Positions 26,496 to 40,597 of a DNA stretch of 64,000 bases are shown piece by piece. The notes under the pieces are model-generated. The model saw only the letters and a list, made by a program, of their open reading frames with translations. It ran no database searches and was not told where the DNA came from. Location of the stretch: positions 13,826,001-13,890,000 of the forward strand of contig OZ024757.1 in assembly GCA_964016885.1 (NCBI GenBank), written 5' to 3'. Positions within the stretch are counted from its first letter, which is position 1. Every line of letters begins with the position of its first letter. The position numbers were made by a program, and so were the translations under genes. Source of the stretch: Eledone cirrhosa (lineage: Eukaryota).

Positions 26496-27067
26496 CTCAA
26501 AATCTGGTATATTCGATATGTGAGGTAAAGCCTTTACCATGAAAATACAATAGTATATATTTAGAGTAATGTAAATGCTTAAAGGGTTAATCCTGAATAT
26601 CATCATCATCATCATCACCATTTTACGTCCGTTCTTCCACGCTAGCATGGGTTAGACGGGTTGTCCTGTTGTGTGCAGTGTCTGGTCGGCTGACCATGCC
26701 TTGCTCATACAGGAACTGATCTGGCTTGATTTCTACAGCTGGATGCCCTTCCTAACACCAACCTCATTTACAGTGAGTGCTGGGTGCTTTTTCGTGGCGC
26801 CTACACGTCCACTTTACAGTGTGGGCTGGGTGCTTTTTTGCCGTGGCACCTCCACGACCACCTTGCGGTGGGGGGTGTGGAGGCATATTGTTTATATGCT
26901 TCAGCATGTACCCATGGGAGGTCGGGTACTCTGTATTACTGCGTGACGCCAGAAGTCACGGTCGTGTGTCATTTGTACGTATATGCTGTAACTCTTTAAA
27001 ATTTACACACACTTACTACGCACAATGTAATTATTATCTAATTAATGTTGCTACATGTTTGTTTCAG

Positions 27068-27266
27068 GTAAGGACTGTGAAAACCGAGATTACTGTTCCT
27101 CACAGCCATGCCATAATGGCGCTATCTGTGTATCCAAGAAGAAAACATTCCAGTGTACCTGTGCTTCCGGTTATATTGGTAGCACCTGTACTGAAGACAT
27201 CAACGAATGTAATGTCAGTTTGTGTCGCAATGGAGGAACTTGTCAGAACACTCCGGGCACTTACTA
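27068..27266 (+). CDS. Notch: Notch receptor exon (EGF4 and first part of calcium-binding EGF5)
   Basis: Acceptor tgtttgtttCAG and donor GTAAGT. Reads GKDCENRDYCSSQPCHNGAICVSKKKTFQCTCASGYIGSTCTEDINECNVSLCRNGGTCQNTPGTY. Contains the DINEC Ca-EGF motif, a C-x-S-x-P-C O-glucose site and a CxxGGTC O-fucose site. Confidence 0.95.
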
Positions 27267-29334
27267 GTAAGTTTTAACCATTTTATTACCGTATTTATAA
27301 GGGGATAGGCGGTGAATTGGCAGAGACGTTGGAACATCGGATAGAATGCTCTATGGTATTCATTTTGGCTCTCTGCTCTCAGAGCTCAAACCCCGCTGAG
27401 ATCAACTTTGCCTTTCATCCATTCGAGGTCGATAAAAAAAAAAGTACCAGTCAAGTACTGGAGTCGATTCTTCATCTATATCTCTTTCTCATTTTCTCTC
27501 TCACTTTCTATCTTTCTCTGGAAGAAATCTGCTGTACTCAGGTCTGGAGAGGGAAGGGCTCTGCCAGGCTTAAAGAATACCCAAGAAATGCTGTATGTCA
27601 ATACGGCACCCCTACCACTCTATCAGGAATTACGGCACCATACATATATAAGAGGGGTGGATTGGCAGTATTTGAGGGCATCAGAGTACATGCTTTGTGG
27701 CATATAGGTACATACATTTTTAGAATAGCTAAGTATTTTCCAGTTACCATATATGGAAAATAATATTAATAGAAGTAATATGATTAAACATAAAGATACT
27801 GAAGGTATTAATAGTATAAATATAAGATATAATGTTGCGCTGTAATATAAAAATGTTTTATACAATTTATGTTTACAAGCTGTAATTGTCTCAAATTTTT
27901 TGGTTTAAAATACATTTGTTAGTGTAAAGGATTCACCGGGATTCAGCAGCACAAAGATTGCAAGGTCTTTTGTTGATGTTATAGGACCTAGCTTTAACTA
28001 AGATTTCCCTGTATAACCTATATCGAATGTTATTGCTTTTTTAAACCCCAGATATAGGCCAAAAGTGAAGTTATATTTTAAAGGATTTTGAAATGAAAGA
28101 GAGTCCATCTATAAATTCTCTCTTTCTCTCTGTCTCATACAGTTTTTGTTTCATATAATGTCCTATTGAAATTAGGGTGATTAGGGTTGTCTATAAAATA
28201 TATGTAGGGTTTCGTGAGGTTTGGAAAAGCATGCGTTTCATGACAAAATATGTTAGTTAACCGCTACACCAACAATTCTGCCTACTCGTTAACTTAGAAA
28301 TTAAATATAACAACTGTAGTATTTTTTTTACTGTCAGAGTTATCTCCCTTAGCAAAGAAAATTTATTACAGTGTATCAACTATGATTATATGTCACATGT
28401 TTGTATAATTATATATCTCCATTTGTAACTATGTATGTGTATATATATATATGTGTATATGTATATTTATGTGTATGTATCATATATATGTATATGTATA
28501 TAACTATATGTATATCACTGTATATGTATATCACTATATGTATATAAATGTATATGTATATAAGTGTATATGTATATATGTATGTATATGTAGATATATA
28601 TGTATATAGATATGTATGTATATGTAGATATGTATGTATATGTAGATATATATGTATATAGATATATATGTATATAGATGTATCTGTATATAGATGTATA
28701 TGGATATAGATGTATATGTATAGATGTATATGTATAGATGTATATGTATAGATGTATATGTATATAGATGTATATGTATAGATGTATATGTATATAGATG
28801 TATATGTATAGATGTATATGTATATAGATGTATATGTATATAGATGTATATGTATATAGATGTATATGTATATAGATGTATATGTATATGTATATAGATG
28901 TATATGTATATAGATGTATATGTATATAGATGTATATGTATATAGATGTATATGTATATAGATGTATATGTATATAGATGTATATGTATATAGATGTATA
29001 TGTATATAGATGTATATGTATATAGATGTATATGTATAGATGTATATGTATATAGATGTATATGTATATAGATGTATATGTATAGATGTATATAGATGTA
29101 TATGTATATAGATGTATATGTATATATGTATATATATGTGTATATAAATATGTGTAGGTCTGATGCCATGCTTTGCAGCAAAGAGTTACGGCCCTTTATG
29201 GTCTGAGTTCAAATCCCACCAAGGTTAACTTCGCCTTTCATCCTTACGAGGTCGATAAAATAAAGTACCAGTAATGCACTGGGATAATTGCTGGCCTTGT
29301 GCCAAAAGTAGAAACTATTATTATTATTATTATT

Positions 29335-32202
29335 TGAGTCTTAGTCATTGATGTTAGTTAACTGGAAAGTTTGTTGAAATGAATATCAAGCCACTACCTG
29401 CAGCCTCAGATATTCAGGACTATCGGAGGGTTCTTGCTGTTCCCAACAAGCATGCCTTTTGAAGTGTTCCAAAAAGTGGGGCGGGGCCAATTTTCTTTAA
29501 CCAACCCTGGAAACTCCTTGAGATAGTACCTAGTGCGCCTATGACAATCGGGACCACTTTGACCTCATGGCAGTTCCAAATCCTTTTTACCTCCCACTTT
29601 AAGTCCTGGTATCGGTTAATTTTCTCCCTCTCCTTCTCTTGCACTCTTGTATCGAATGGGCAGGCCACATCCACAATCAGGCACAATCTTTTTTCCTTGT
29701 CCAAAACCACCAGGTCAGGTCTATTGTGTTCCAGTTTCTTGTCTGTCTGTATCCTAAAATCCCACAGCACCTTCACCTGATCGTTTTCTATCACTGACTC
29801 TGGCTTATGTTCATACCACTTCTCAGAATGTGGTAAATTGTTTACTTTGCATAGGTGCCAGTGGATCACCCTGCTCATCACATCATGTCTCCAGCCTTTA
29901 TAGTGAGTCTGGGCTAGGTGTTTACACTCGGATACAATGTGAGCGACAGTCTCCTCTCTCTCTCCACAAATCCTGCACAGTGGGCTAGCCTCCTCCTTGT
30001 AAATATGGTGTTTCAGCCACTTCGTTTTGAGGGCCTGCTCTTGCGCAGCCATTAGCATTCCTTCTGTAGCCTTTTTAAGGTCCTCTCTTTTCAACCAGTT
30101 CCATGACTGTGGATCTCTGAATTCCGTTTTCTCAAAGAAGGTACTATGAAGGGATTTTTCATGAAGGCTGCTCTTTCTCCTTGTTGTTATTTCCTCCTTG
30201 GACATCTCCTGGTCTATTGTCTTCTCCTTCAGTACAATTCCGAGCATTGGTTCCTTACTATCGGTCACATATTTGTGTAGGTTGTTTTTCTCCATCTGAA
30301 CACAGTCCTCTATGCTGATAAGACCTCTTCCACCTTCAGATATCCTTAAGTAGAGTCTATCGACATCACTCCTCTTGTGGAACATGTTGTAGATAGTCAA
30401 TAGCTTCCTAGTCTTCCTATCCATTTCTTTTTGTTCAGCAACATTCCATCTCAGAATTCCCGCACTGTACCTAATAATAGACACATCTCGGGAATTTACT
30501 GCACTTATGGCATTCCTACTGTTCAGATGTGACTTTAATACGCTCCTTACTCTCCGAATGTATTCAGATCTTATCAATTCCTTCATTTTTTTGTTCTTGA
30601 TGTCATCAGCCTCCAGAACACCCAAATACTTGTATCCTTCTTCAGTGTCAATTTCCTGTTGGTACCTGGAGTCAATTTCCTTTATCATCTCACCTGTTGG
30701 TACCTGGATTCCATTGCTTCTGCTCAATTTACCCCTCTTCATCACAAGGACTCCACACTTACTAATACCAAATTGCATACATATATCATTGCTGAAAATA
30801 CGGACAGTGTCAACAAGCACATCCAACTCCTTCTCACTCTTCCCGAAGAGCTTAATATCATCCATGAAGAGGAGGTGATTGATGGTAAGCTCTCCCTTTC
30901 CCAACTTGTATCCTGCTCTCACTTTTCGCAGTATAATGGTCAGGGGCATCAGGGCAAGGACAAACAACAGAGGGGACAGACTATCTCCCTGGAAGATACC
31001 TCTCTTGATCTTCACGCCTCTCAAGGATTCTCCAGCTGATGCTAACTCTGTTTTCCAGGACTTCATACTTTTGCTCAACAACTGTCTGATGTTATCTGCC
31101 ACCCTGAAGATCTCTAGGCTTTTGGTGATCCAAGAATGAGGCACCATGTCAAATGCCTTTTTGTAGTCTATCCATCCCATGGCAAGACCGGTGTGTCTCC
31201 TCTTGCAATTCCTCATTACCATCTTATCAATAAGTCACTGGTCCTTTGTACCACGGGACTTCTTTCGGCATCCTTTCTATTCGTCCGGTAACAAGTTGTT
31301 TGTGTGCAGGTGATGGTAGATTTCCTCAGACACAATGCTTGTCAACGGACAGACATGTGATAGGTCTATAGTTGGTAACATCATTACCCTTGATTCGGTC
31401 TTTCATTACCAGAACTGTGGTACCTTCTGTCAACCACTCTGGTACCTCACCTGACATCAAGCAGTCATTGAACATGGTTGTCAGTTTCGGGTGGAGGGAT
31501 GTTATATTTTTAATCCAATACCCCTGCACACCATCTGGGCCTGGTGATTTCCAGCTGGTTAGTTTTTTGGCCTGCCCCTTAAGAGTTTCAATTGTGATAC
31601 TCAAATCAGTTTGTTGGTGTGCCTGTTCACTAATCTCCTTTTGTACTATCTCAATCCACACTGCCTGGTCATTATGTTTAACATCCTGCTCCCATATTCC
31701 TCTCCAGAATGTCTTACTTTGTTTTGCCTCAGGGATCAAGTCGTTGCCTCTTTCTTTCCCTTCAAGCTGTCCAAACAGCATCTTCTGGTTGTTGTCAAAC
31801 ATGCGGTTCTGTCTATACTGACTGACTCTGCTCTCGTATCGCCTAATTTTTGCACTCTTTGCTACAATGCGTTGCTTCAGTTCCTCTATGATAATATTTA
31901 GCTTTTTCCACCTAGTTTTGTACTTTATTTCCAGTCTATTTTTAGTGTCCCATTCAGTAGGGACTCAAGCTGTCATTTCTCATTTCTCTGATTTGACCAT
32001 TCAGTCGTTTCTTTCACCAAGGTTCTGATCTTTCTTGTTTGTTGTTTCCCCTCGCTTTTATACCAAGTAATTTCCTCACCGCATTTGCTGTTGCTTTGAG
32101 GATATTGTTGCACTGGTGAAGGCTCCTCGCCTCAAGGTATGGGAGTACTTTGTTTACCTTAGCTGTTGTTTCCTTTAACTTTTTCCTGTCTACAAATCTT
32201 AG
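29335..32202 (-). mobile_element. 5'-truncated, decayed non-LTR retrotransposon with RT and restriction-like endonuclease (R4/Dong-like clade)
   Basis: ORF 31222-29420 has RT motifs (DYKKAFD, GIFQGDSLSPLLF, FMDD, YKYLG), a CCHC knuckle (CRIC..ETVAHIVSEC), RHD, and RLE motifs (RPDLVV..DVACPFD..EKINRY). ORF 31802-31326 carries KSPGPDG and NYRPITCL. Stops and a frameshift lie between the two ORFs. Both flanks are (TTA)n. Confidence 0.9.
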
Positions 32203-35200
32203 GATTATTATTATTATTATTATTATTTTTCTCCCCATGAGGCAGGGCTAACATAGTTAACAGAAGTGGCTGGTGATTTGTTGAATAAAGGTCAGTTCAA
32301 TTGCATTGGTCAGTGTTCGGCCACTTCCGCTGCGATTTAAAGAATCCTTTATCAGGCACTTTAACCCTTTAGCATTTAAACTGGCCATATCCGACCAGAT
32401 CTCTCTCACTTCTTTCTGTTCAAACTGATTGTAACTGGCTGCTCATACTGATGTTAAGGTATTGTTCTCAAAATAAATATCAAAATCTCATAGATTTGAT
32501 ATTATGTGAGGTAAAGCCTTTACCATGAAAATATAATAGTAAATATAGAATAATGTAAATGCTAAAAGGTTAAACCGTCAGTATCTGGCCAGAATTCTCT
32601 CACCTCTTTCTGTTCAAACTGGCTGTAGCCAGCTGCTCTTATGTTAAGGTATTGTTCTCAAAATAAATAATATCAAAATCTTGTAGATTCGATATTATGT
32701 GAGATAATTCAGTGAAATAAAGTGTTTACTGTGAAAATACAATAATAAATATATAGTAATGTAAATGATAAAGGGTTAAGCAGGTTGTAGTAACTCATTT
32801 TGTCATCTTAACCCTTTAATGTTCAAACCGGCCAAAAGCGGCCAGAATTCTCTACCTCTTTCTGTTGAAACTGGCTGTATCTGGTCGCTCAAACCGATGT
32901 TAAGGTATTGTTCTCAAAATAAATACTTTCAAAATCTGATAGATTCGATATTATGTGAGATAATTATGTGAGGTAAAGCCTTTACCATGAAAATATAATA
33001 GTATATATAGAGTAATGTAAATGCTAAAGGGTTAATGTTCCTATTGATAAGGCTGGGCTGTGCCCAGTATACTCTGGTGCCATTAATATATACGTATAAG
33101 TTAGCTTTTTTAAAAATATGTTCAAATGTTATTTTTAGGCCTATTCTATCGAAAAAAGATCTAATTTATTTACATATTCTCTGTAATTTCTGACAATTAG
33201 TGTTTTTAATTAACAGTAGGGTGTCATCTTTATAAATTCCTTCTAGGAGGTTACTAACAGTTCACAACAGTATTGAACGTACTAAGAAAACTTGTCTGAT
33301 GTTGCATGATACACCTAAAACTGAAAGTGAATAATTAGTCAGAATATGGACTTTGCAGCGAGCTCCAGTGATTTCTGGGGTGTTTAAGGCCTGGGCAATG
33401 ATTGGTCAGTGGGAAAAATTCAAAAGTACCTTTGATACTGTCGTGGACTGTAAATTCACCTGAGGGTGAAAGGCAAAGTTGACATCGACATTGGTGTAGG
33501 TTTCAACACATAACTGAAAGGGATGTAACTTAAACCAGCAGACATATTGTCTGTGGCTCTACTGATTCAGCTAATCCACTGACATGACCTGTTTTTCTTT
33601 GACATGAAAATACAACTGAATGTTAACTAAAGACATGACTCAATATATAAATATATGTAAAGTCTTGAATATTTATTAAACAGAATCACTTCAACTTCAA
33701 AGTTTTACTGAAGGTGCCTTGTCAAACAGTCAAGTTGTCATACTATATGACGTATTGTTGTGATGGTAGTAGTGGTGCTGGTGGTAGGATTGGCGGGCAG
33801 TGGTGGTAGATGTAGTGATTGTTGATATGGAATATGTTAAATGACACAGTGCCTAGTGCATGTATGTGTGTGCGTGTATACATGTATATATGCACGCGCG
33901 CGCGTGTGTGTATATATATATATATATATAGTAATAATAATAATAAAGTATCGTCTTCCTGTCTTCCTTCGGTTGCAACGTTTTTCGAAATATTTACTTC
34001 TGCGTTCACAGATTGATTTTTTTTAGTTTCAGAAGATCCCGTTAACGGTGAAAGCAGCGATTCTTTGCTTAAACTTTAATCTGTTATTTTAATATATATA
34101 TATATGTGTATCATCATCATCACTGTTTAACGTCCATTTTTCCATGTTAGCATGGGTTGTCCTGTTGTGAGCAATGCCAGGTCAGGTGACCATGTCTTGC
34201 TCCTACAGAACTCTGTATATATACATATTTATATATATATATAAATATATGTATGTATGTAAATGTATGTATAACACTTGCTATGGACATTAAATGATGG
34301 GCTTTTGTACAGTTTCTGTCTACTAAATTTATATGTATTTCATCATCATCATCATTTCATTTTACGCCTGCTTTTTCCCTGCTTGCAAGGGTGAGACGGG
34401 AACTGATTCTGGCTTGGTTTCTACAGCTGGATGCCCTTCCTAACACCAACCTCATTTACAGTGAGTGCTGGGTGCTTTTTTTCCATGGTGCCTACACGAC
34501 CACTTTACAGTGGAATGATATGGACCCCACTCCCTATCATCTCATTTTTACAGCTGAGTAAACTGGAGCAATGTAAAATAAAGTGTCTTGCTCAAGGAAA
34601 CAACACATCACCCGGTCTGAGAATTGAACTCACAACCTTTCGATTGCAAGGCCAATGTTCTGACCACTAAGCCATGTGCCTCCATATTTGTGTGTGTATA
34701 TGTCTGTATGTATGTATGTATGTATGTATGTATGTATACATACATACATACTTTGCTCACTATAAAAGCTTCACGGCACAGGCATTGCTTTATATCTGGA
34801 GATCTCTCTGCACTTGTCGTCACATGGTACCATGGGCCCAGCACTATGTGACAATAATTGTCACAAGTGTAGTGTTTGTACCAGAGTTTTCAAGTCACTG
34901 GCTGGACTAAAAAGTCACTTGTTCAAGCGTATCGGTAGGGGTTCTCCTACATGGATATAAAGTAGTGGCCGTACTCGAAAACGAGTTGGCAGCCACCATA
35001 TATATATATGTATATATATGTATGTTTGTCACGGAGAGATGACCCCTTAGCTTTTGTCAAGGCAGAATTCTAGGAGAAGGAAAACTCTGATATAACACCT
35101 GCAACTCTGATGGTATCCAATGATGTTGACTTGTTCTTCTTTTTGGTAAATATCATCTTGGTTAAGAGAGTGAGACCATGGTCCCAGCACTATGTGTCAG

Positions 35201-35396
35201 TAATTGTCACAAGTGTAGTGTTTGTACCAGAGTTTTCAAGTCGCTGGCTGGACTAAAAAGTCACACTCGTTCAGCGCATCGGTAGGGGTTCTCCTACATG
35301 GATATAAAGTAGTGGCCGTACTCGAAAACGAGTTGGCAGCCACCATGTGTATATATATATATATATATATATATGTGTAGTTATATATATATACTG

Positions 35397-36656
35397 TTCC
35401 ACCACCATGTTACTCTCCTCCTGCCTACAGGCCTGCTCCAGCCACAGACTTCGTCTGTCGCCAACAGCAGGTTTGCTTTCAGAAATTCCCACTGTCCCTC
35501 TATATTGTCCGACTCTAAATGTTCTTCCTTACTGTCGAAAGCATCAAGTAATATGTGGCCGGTGTTCTGGTGCAATAAGTAGCAGCAAGTGCCCACAAAA
35601 TACTAGCTCTTTCAATTGCGCAGAGGGTTCTATAGAAATAGTGGACAGCTTCCGTTACCTGGGCGATAAAATCAGCAGTGGGGGAGGGTGCTCTGAAAGT
35701 ACAGTAGCTAGAGTCAGAACTGGTTGGAAAAAGTTCAGAGAGCTTATACCACTATTAGCTGCTAAAGGGTTCTCCCTAAAAATGAAAGGCAGGTTGTACG
35801 ATGCCTGCATACGAACAGCAATGTTGCATGGCAGTGAGACCTGGGCATTGTGTGCAGAGGATATACGCAGACTAGAGAGGAACGAAGCTTGCATGCTCCG
35901 CTGGATGTGTAACAGTAATATACGTGAACGGCAAAGCATAAACGAACTAAGGAAAAAATTAGAGATAAGAGGGATCAGATGTTGTTTACTCGAGAGAAGG
36001 CTACGTTGGTATGGACACGTGATGCGCATGAAAGTCGATAGCTGTATAACAAAGTGCAGGGCAATAAAGATAGACGGTAGCCACGGAATAGGCAGACCTA
36101 GAAAAACCTGGGACGAGCTGATAAACTCCGACCTCACACACTTACACCTCTCCAAGACAATGTCACTGGACCGAGACCTTTGGCGGTACTCAGTAACAGA
36201 GAAGACCCGCCTTACCTAAATATATAGTAAAACCTACTCCAGCCAGTAGGCATCTCTAACAAAATACCCCCCCCCCCCCCCACCCCACCCCCACCCCATC
36301 CACACCACCCCACCCCATCCACACCACCCCCACCCCATCCACACCACCCCGTTCTATGTAAAGTTATGTTGGTGCCGCACCATCCAGGCCGAAACAAATG
36401 AGATCGTGTAGGTGTCACGACAAAAAAACACACAGTCCACGCTGTAATGTGGCCGTGTAGGCAACACGGTAAAAACCTCCCAGACCCACACTGTAAATGT
36501 GGTTGGTGTTAGGAAGGGCATCCAACTGTAGAAAACCTGCCAGACAGTCCTATGCGAGCAAGACAATCACTCTTGCCTCAAGTGGGACTACCCTCTGTCC
36601 AAACCCATGCAAGCGTGGAACACGGACGTTAAACGTTGATGATGATGATGATGATA
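35397..36656 (+). mobile_element. RTE-clade LINE 3' fragment (RT C-terminus plus 3'UTR with (GAT)n tail)
   Basis: ORF 35347-36219 contains FRYLG, YDACIRTAMLHGSETW, RLRWYGHVMRM and GRPRKTW, followed by a 3'UTR ending ggacgttaaacgttgatgatgat. Confidence 0.85.
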
Positions 36657-38066
36657 TATATATACATATATATATATTCTGTAAATAGTTGCTATGATCG
36701 TAGTGGTGTTTGTGTGGGAAACCATCATAATTTCATTTCACTAGATAAGAAAATATCAACCTACATATGTAACATAGTATAATACAATATAGATACAATA
36801 TAATATAATACAATAATATAACATGATATAAATATAATGTAGTACAATAAATATAGTGTAGCTAACCTGCAAGGAAGAAATTAGGCAGGGCAGAAAGTTC
36901 ATAGATTTTACTGAAGCGTGACTTTCATTAGTTTTTCCCTTCAAACTGAAACGATCTGTCTTCTGTTGATATGACTTTGTAGTTTTAGATTCACCTGTGT
37001 GAATCCTCTCTTTGTGAATATACCCAGTGAATTAGCTTTTCCTTGATTACTATTTCTATATATGAATATACACCTGAACAAATACATACATGGTATATAT
37101 ATATATATATATATATATCTTTCGGTCTATTTCTCTCTCTCTCTCTCTACCTCTCTCTCTGTCTCTCTCTCTCTCTATTCCCCCCCCCCCCCCCTCTAAA
37201 AACATACTAAAGAAATATATCTGAGATCAAATCTTTTCTTAATATTTCTAAATTATGATTAGGATGAATATTATATATAAAATGTCTGTATATATATATA
37301 TATATATATGCATATGTATGCATGTTTACATATGAATGTATTTGCATGAAGTATATATACCCACACTGTAAAGTGGTCGTATAGGTGTCACAACAAAAAG
37401 CACCTAACACACACTGTAAATGTGGTTGGCATTAGGAAGGGCATCCAACTGTAGAAACTTAGCCAGAAACAGTTCGATATGAGCAAGACACGGTCGCCTG
37501 ACTCAACTTACCTCAAATGGGACAATCCGTCTAACCCATGCTAGCATGGAAAGTGGATGTTAAATGATGTGTGTGTGTGTTAAGGTGTAAGTCAAACAGT
37601 CCCAGACACCAGCCTGCATATTAAGACATATTTGAGGAGCTTCTGATTCCAGATTCAGGTTCGATCATTAATAGATCGTTCCTCGAGCTGATCGACAGTG
37701 AAACATATGTAATGTATAATTAAATATGTATATGATGCAACATTGATTCTTTGTTCCTTATTATTACCTTGCAATTGAAAGGTTGTGAGTTCAATTCTCA
37801 GACCGGGTGATGTGTTGTTTCCTTGAGCAAGACACTTTATTTCACATTGCTCCAGTTTACTCAGCTGTAGAAATGAGATGATAGGGACTGGGGTCCATAT
37901 CATTCCACTGCAAAGTGGTTGTGGAGGTGCCACGGCAAAAAAGCACCCAGCACTCACTGTAAATGAGGTTGGTGTTAGGAAGTGCATCCAGCTGTAGAAA
38001 TCAAGCCAGAATCGGTTCTCGTCCCACCCTTGCAAGCAGGGAAAAAGCGGACGTAAAATGAAATGA

Positions 38067-38102
<36 letters not shown>

Positions 38103-38235
38103 ATATTAAATAAATGGAAACTATATTTATAAAACCATATTTATTTTATTATATATATTTCAAGGGCAACCAAGATAACATTGGTACGCTTTCATCAGAT
38201 AAAATACAAAGTTTGTATTTATAAAACAAACTTTG

Positions 38236-38300
38236 TATTTTATCTGATGAAAGCATACCAATGTTATCTTGGTTGCCCTTGAAATATATATAATAAAATA
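38236..38300 (+). ncRNA. Minimal type-I hammerhead ribozyme motif (mirror copy on - strand 38142-38206)
   Basis: TATTTTAT-CTGATGA-[aag..accaa/ttggt..ctt]-GAAA-TATATA-TA-ATAAAATA; perfect 8-bp stem I. Confidence 0.8.
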
Positions 38301-38798
38301 AATATGGTTTTATAAATATAGTTTCCATTTATTTAATATCATTGAATATTTACTCCAGTAACTTGTTGAGTGTTCTAAATCAGTTATAAACATTTATGTT
38401 TGTCGGACTTCCAACAAATTAAATACTTCTACTTATATATATATATATATATATGAAAGGATTACAAAGGAGAATATATACTGTCAGAACATGTTTATAT
38501 AAAAGCACCTACGTACGTTTTGCCCGAAAAGGGCTTCTCAAGGGCATAGAAAGCTACAGAGTGTTCGGGCGAAACGTACGTAGGTGCTGTTATATAAACA
38601 TGTTCTGACAGTATATATTCTCCTTTGTAATCCTTTCATCTGTAACCGCTCTGCTTATCTTCTCGCCCGTTAAATATTAACGCTTCCAATATTTAACCCT
38701 GTAGGCACAAGTATTGAGCACAAATGCACAACCTTTTGGCAACTAACTATATGTATCGCTTATCCCTTTAAACCTCTTCTTCTCTCGCACGATACTTA

Positions 38799-38850
<52 letters not shown>

Positions 38851-39155
38851 AAGTTAAATAAAAGTCAAATGATTAAAATTTAGCTTCGTTTATTACTGCT
38901 ATATATATTTCAGTGACAGCCATCTTTGGCTGTGACCTCTTCAGGCAGTTTGAATTAGTATGGTATAGACAAGTACATATGTTGTTTAGGTGTATAATAT
39001 TGTCAATACTCTGATATGCCCAGTTCCTAGTTGGGTTGTTAATTCACTGAGGAACTGGAGTCATATGACTCCAACAAGGAACTGGGCATATCAGAGTATT
39101 GACAATATTATACACCTAAACAACATATGTACTTGTCTATACCATACTAATTCAA

Positions 39156-39210
39156 ACTGCCTGAAGAGGTCACAGCCAAAGATGGCTGTCACTGAAATAT
39201 ATATAGCAGT
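39156..39210 (+). ncRNA. Minimal type-I hammerhead ribozyme motif (mirror copy on - strand 38895-38949)
   Basis: ACTGC-CTGAAGA-[ggtcacagcca-aaga-tggctgtcact]-GAAA-TATATA-TA-GCAGT, then AATAAA. Confidence 0.82.
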
Positions 39211-39512
39211 AATAAACGAAGCTAAATTTTAATCATTTGACTTTTATTTAACTTTATTTTACACTACTCCGGAGTAACCAAACCAACCTGCGCACTTCGT
39301 CGAGTGCTCCAGCCTGCATACTGAGGTGTTGGTATACAACCAACATAAACTCAAAATCTATATATATATATATATATATATTTAATTAGAAAGTGAACAA
39401 CACAAAATATAACTACTCCATTACCAAAGGTTTCTGGATCACAGACACTAATAATATACGTCTGGATCGGTCATCAGGCAGAGATGTTATGGATAAAAGA
39501 TATGAAATGAGA

Positions 39513-39576
39513 TTATCTGATGACCGATCCAGATGTATATTATTATTGTCTGGGATCCAGAAACCTTTGGTAATGG
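39513..39576 (+). ncRNA. Hammerhead ribozyme motif with weak stem I
   Basis: TTAT-CTGATGA-[gatccagat..gtctgggatc]-GAAA-CCTTTGG-TA-ATGG; stem I relies on G-U pairs. Confidence 0.6.
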
Positions 39577-39679
39577 AGTAGTTATATTTTGTGTTGTTCA
39601 CTTTCTAATTAAATAGCTCTGTTCTATACATAGAGCACTCTTTTTTTCTTTGCTTTTCCTTCGGAATTACTTAACATAT

Positions 39680-39734
<55 letters not shown>

Positions 39735-39982
39735 CATCACTGTTTAACATCTATTTTTCCATGCTAAGATGTTTTAAGGGGGTTGTCTGTTATGAATTAA
39801 GTCCTGCCAGTTAGCTGCGCCATACCTTGCTTAAAAGGAACTGTATTTTAGGTGGGATTTTTACAGCTGGATGTCCTTCCTAACACCAACCACATAGTGT
39901 GGAACTGGGTGGTCCTGTTATGAGGAAGGTCTGGTCAGCTAGCTGTACCGTAACCTGCTCATACTTACATGCATGTATGCAT

Positions 39983-40049
<67 letters not shown>

Positions 40050-40202
40050 TCATCATCAACGTTTAACGTCCGTGTTCCATGCTTGCATGGGTTTGGACGG
40101 GGGTTTTCCCACTTGAGGCAAGAATGATTGTCTTGCTCGCATAGGACTGTCTGGCGGGTTTTCTACAGCTGGATGCCCTTCCTAACACCAACCACATTTA
40201 CA

Positions 40203-40273
<71 letters not shown>

Positions 40274-40554
40274 CCCCCCCCCCCCCCCCCCACGCTGCAA
40301 GGTGGTCGTGGAGGGGCCACGGCAAAAAAGCACCCAGCCCACACTGTAAAGTGGACGTGTAGGCGCCACGAAAAAGCACCCAGCACTCCCTGTAAATGAG
40401 GTTGGTGTTAGGAAGGGCATCCAGCTGTAGAAATCAAGCCAAATCAGTTCCTGTATGAGCAAGGCATGGTCAGCCGACCAGACACTGCCCACAACAGGAC
40501 AACCCGTCTAACCCATGCTAGCATGGAAGAACGGACGTAAAACGGTGATGATGA

Positions 40555-40597
<43 letters not shown>

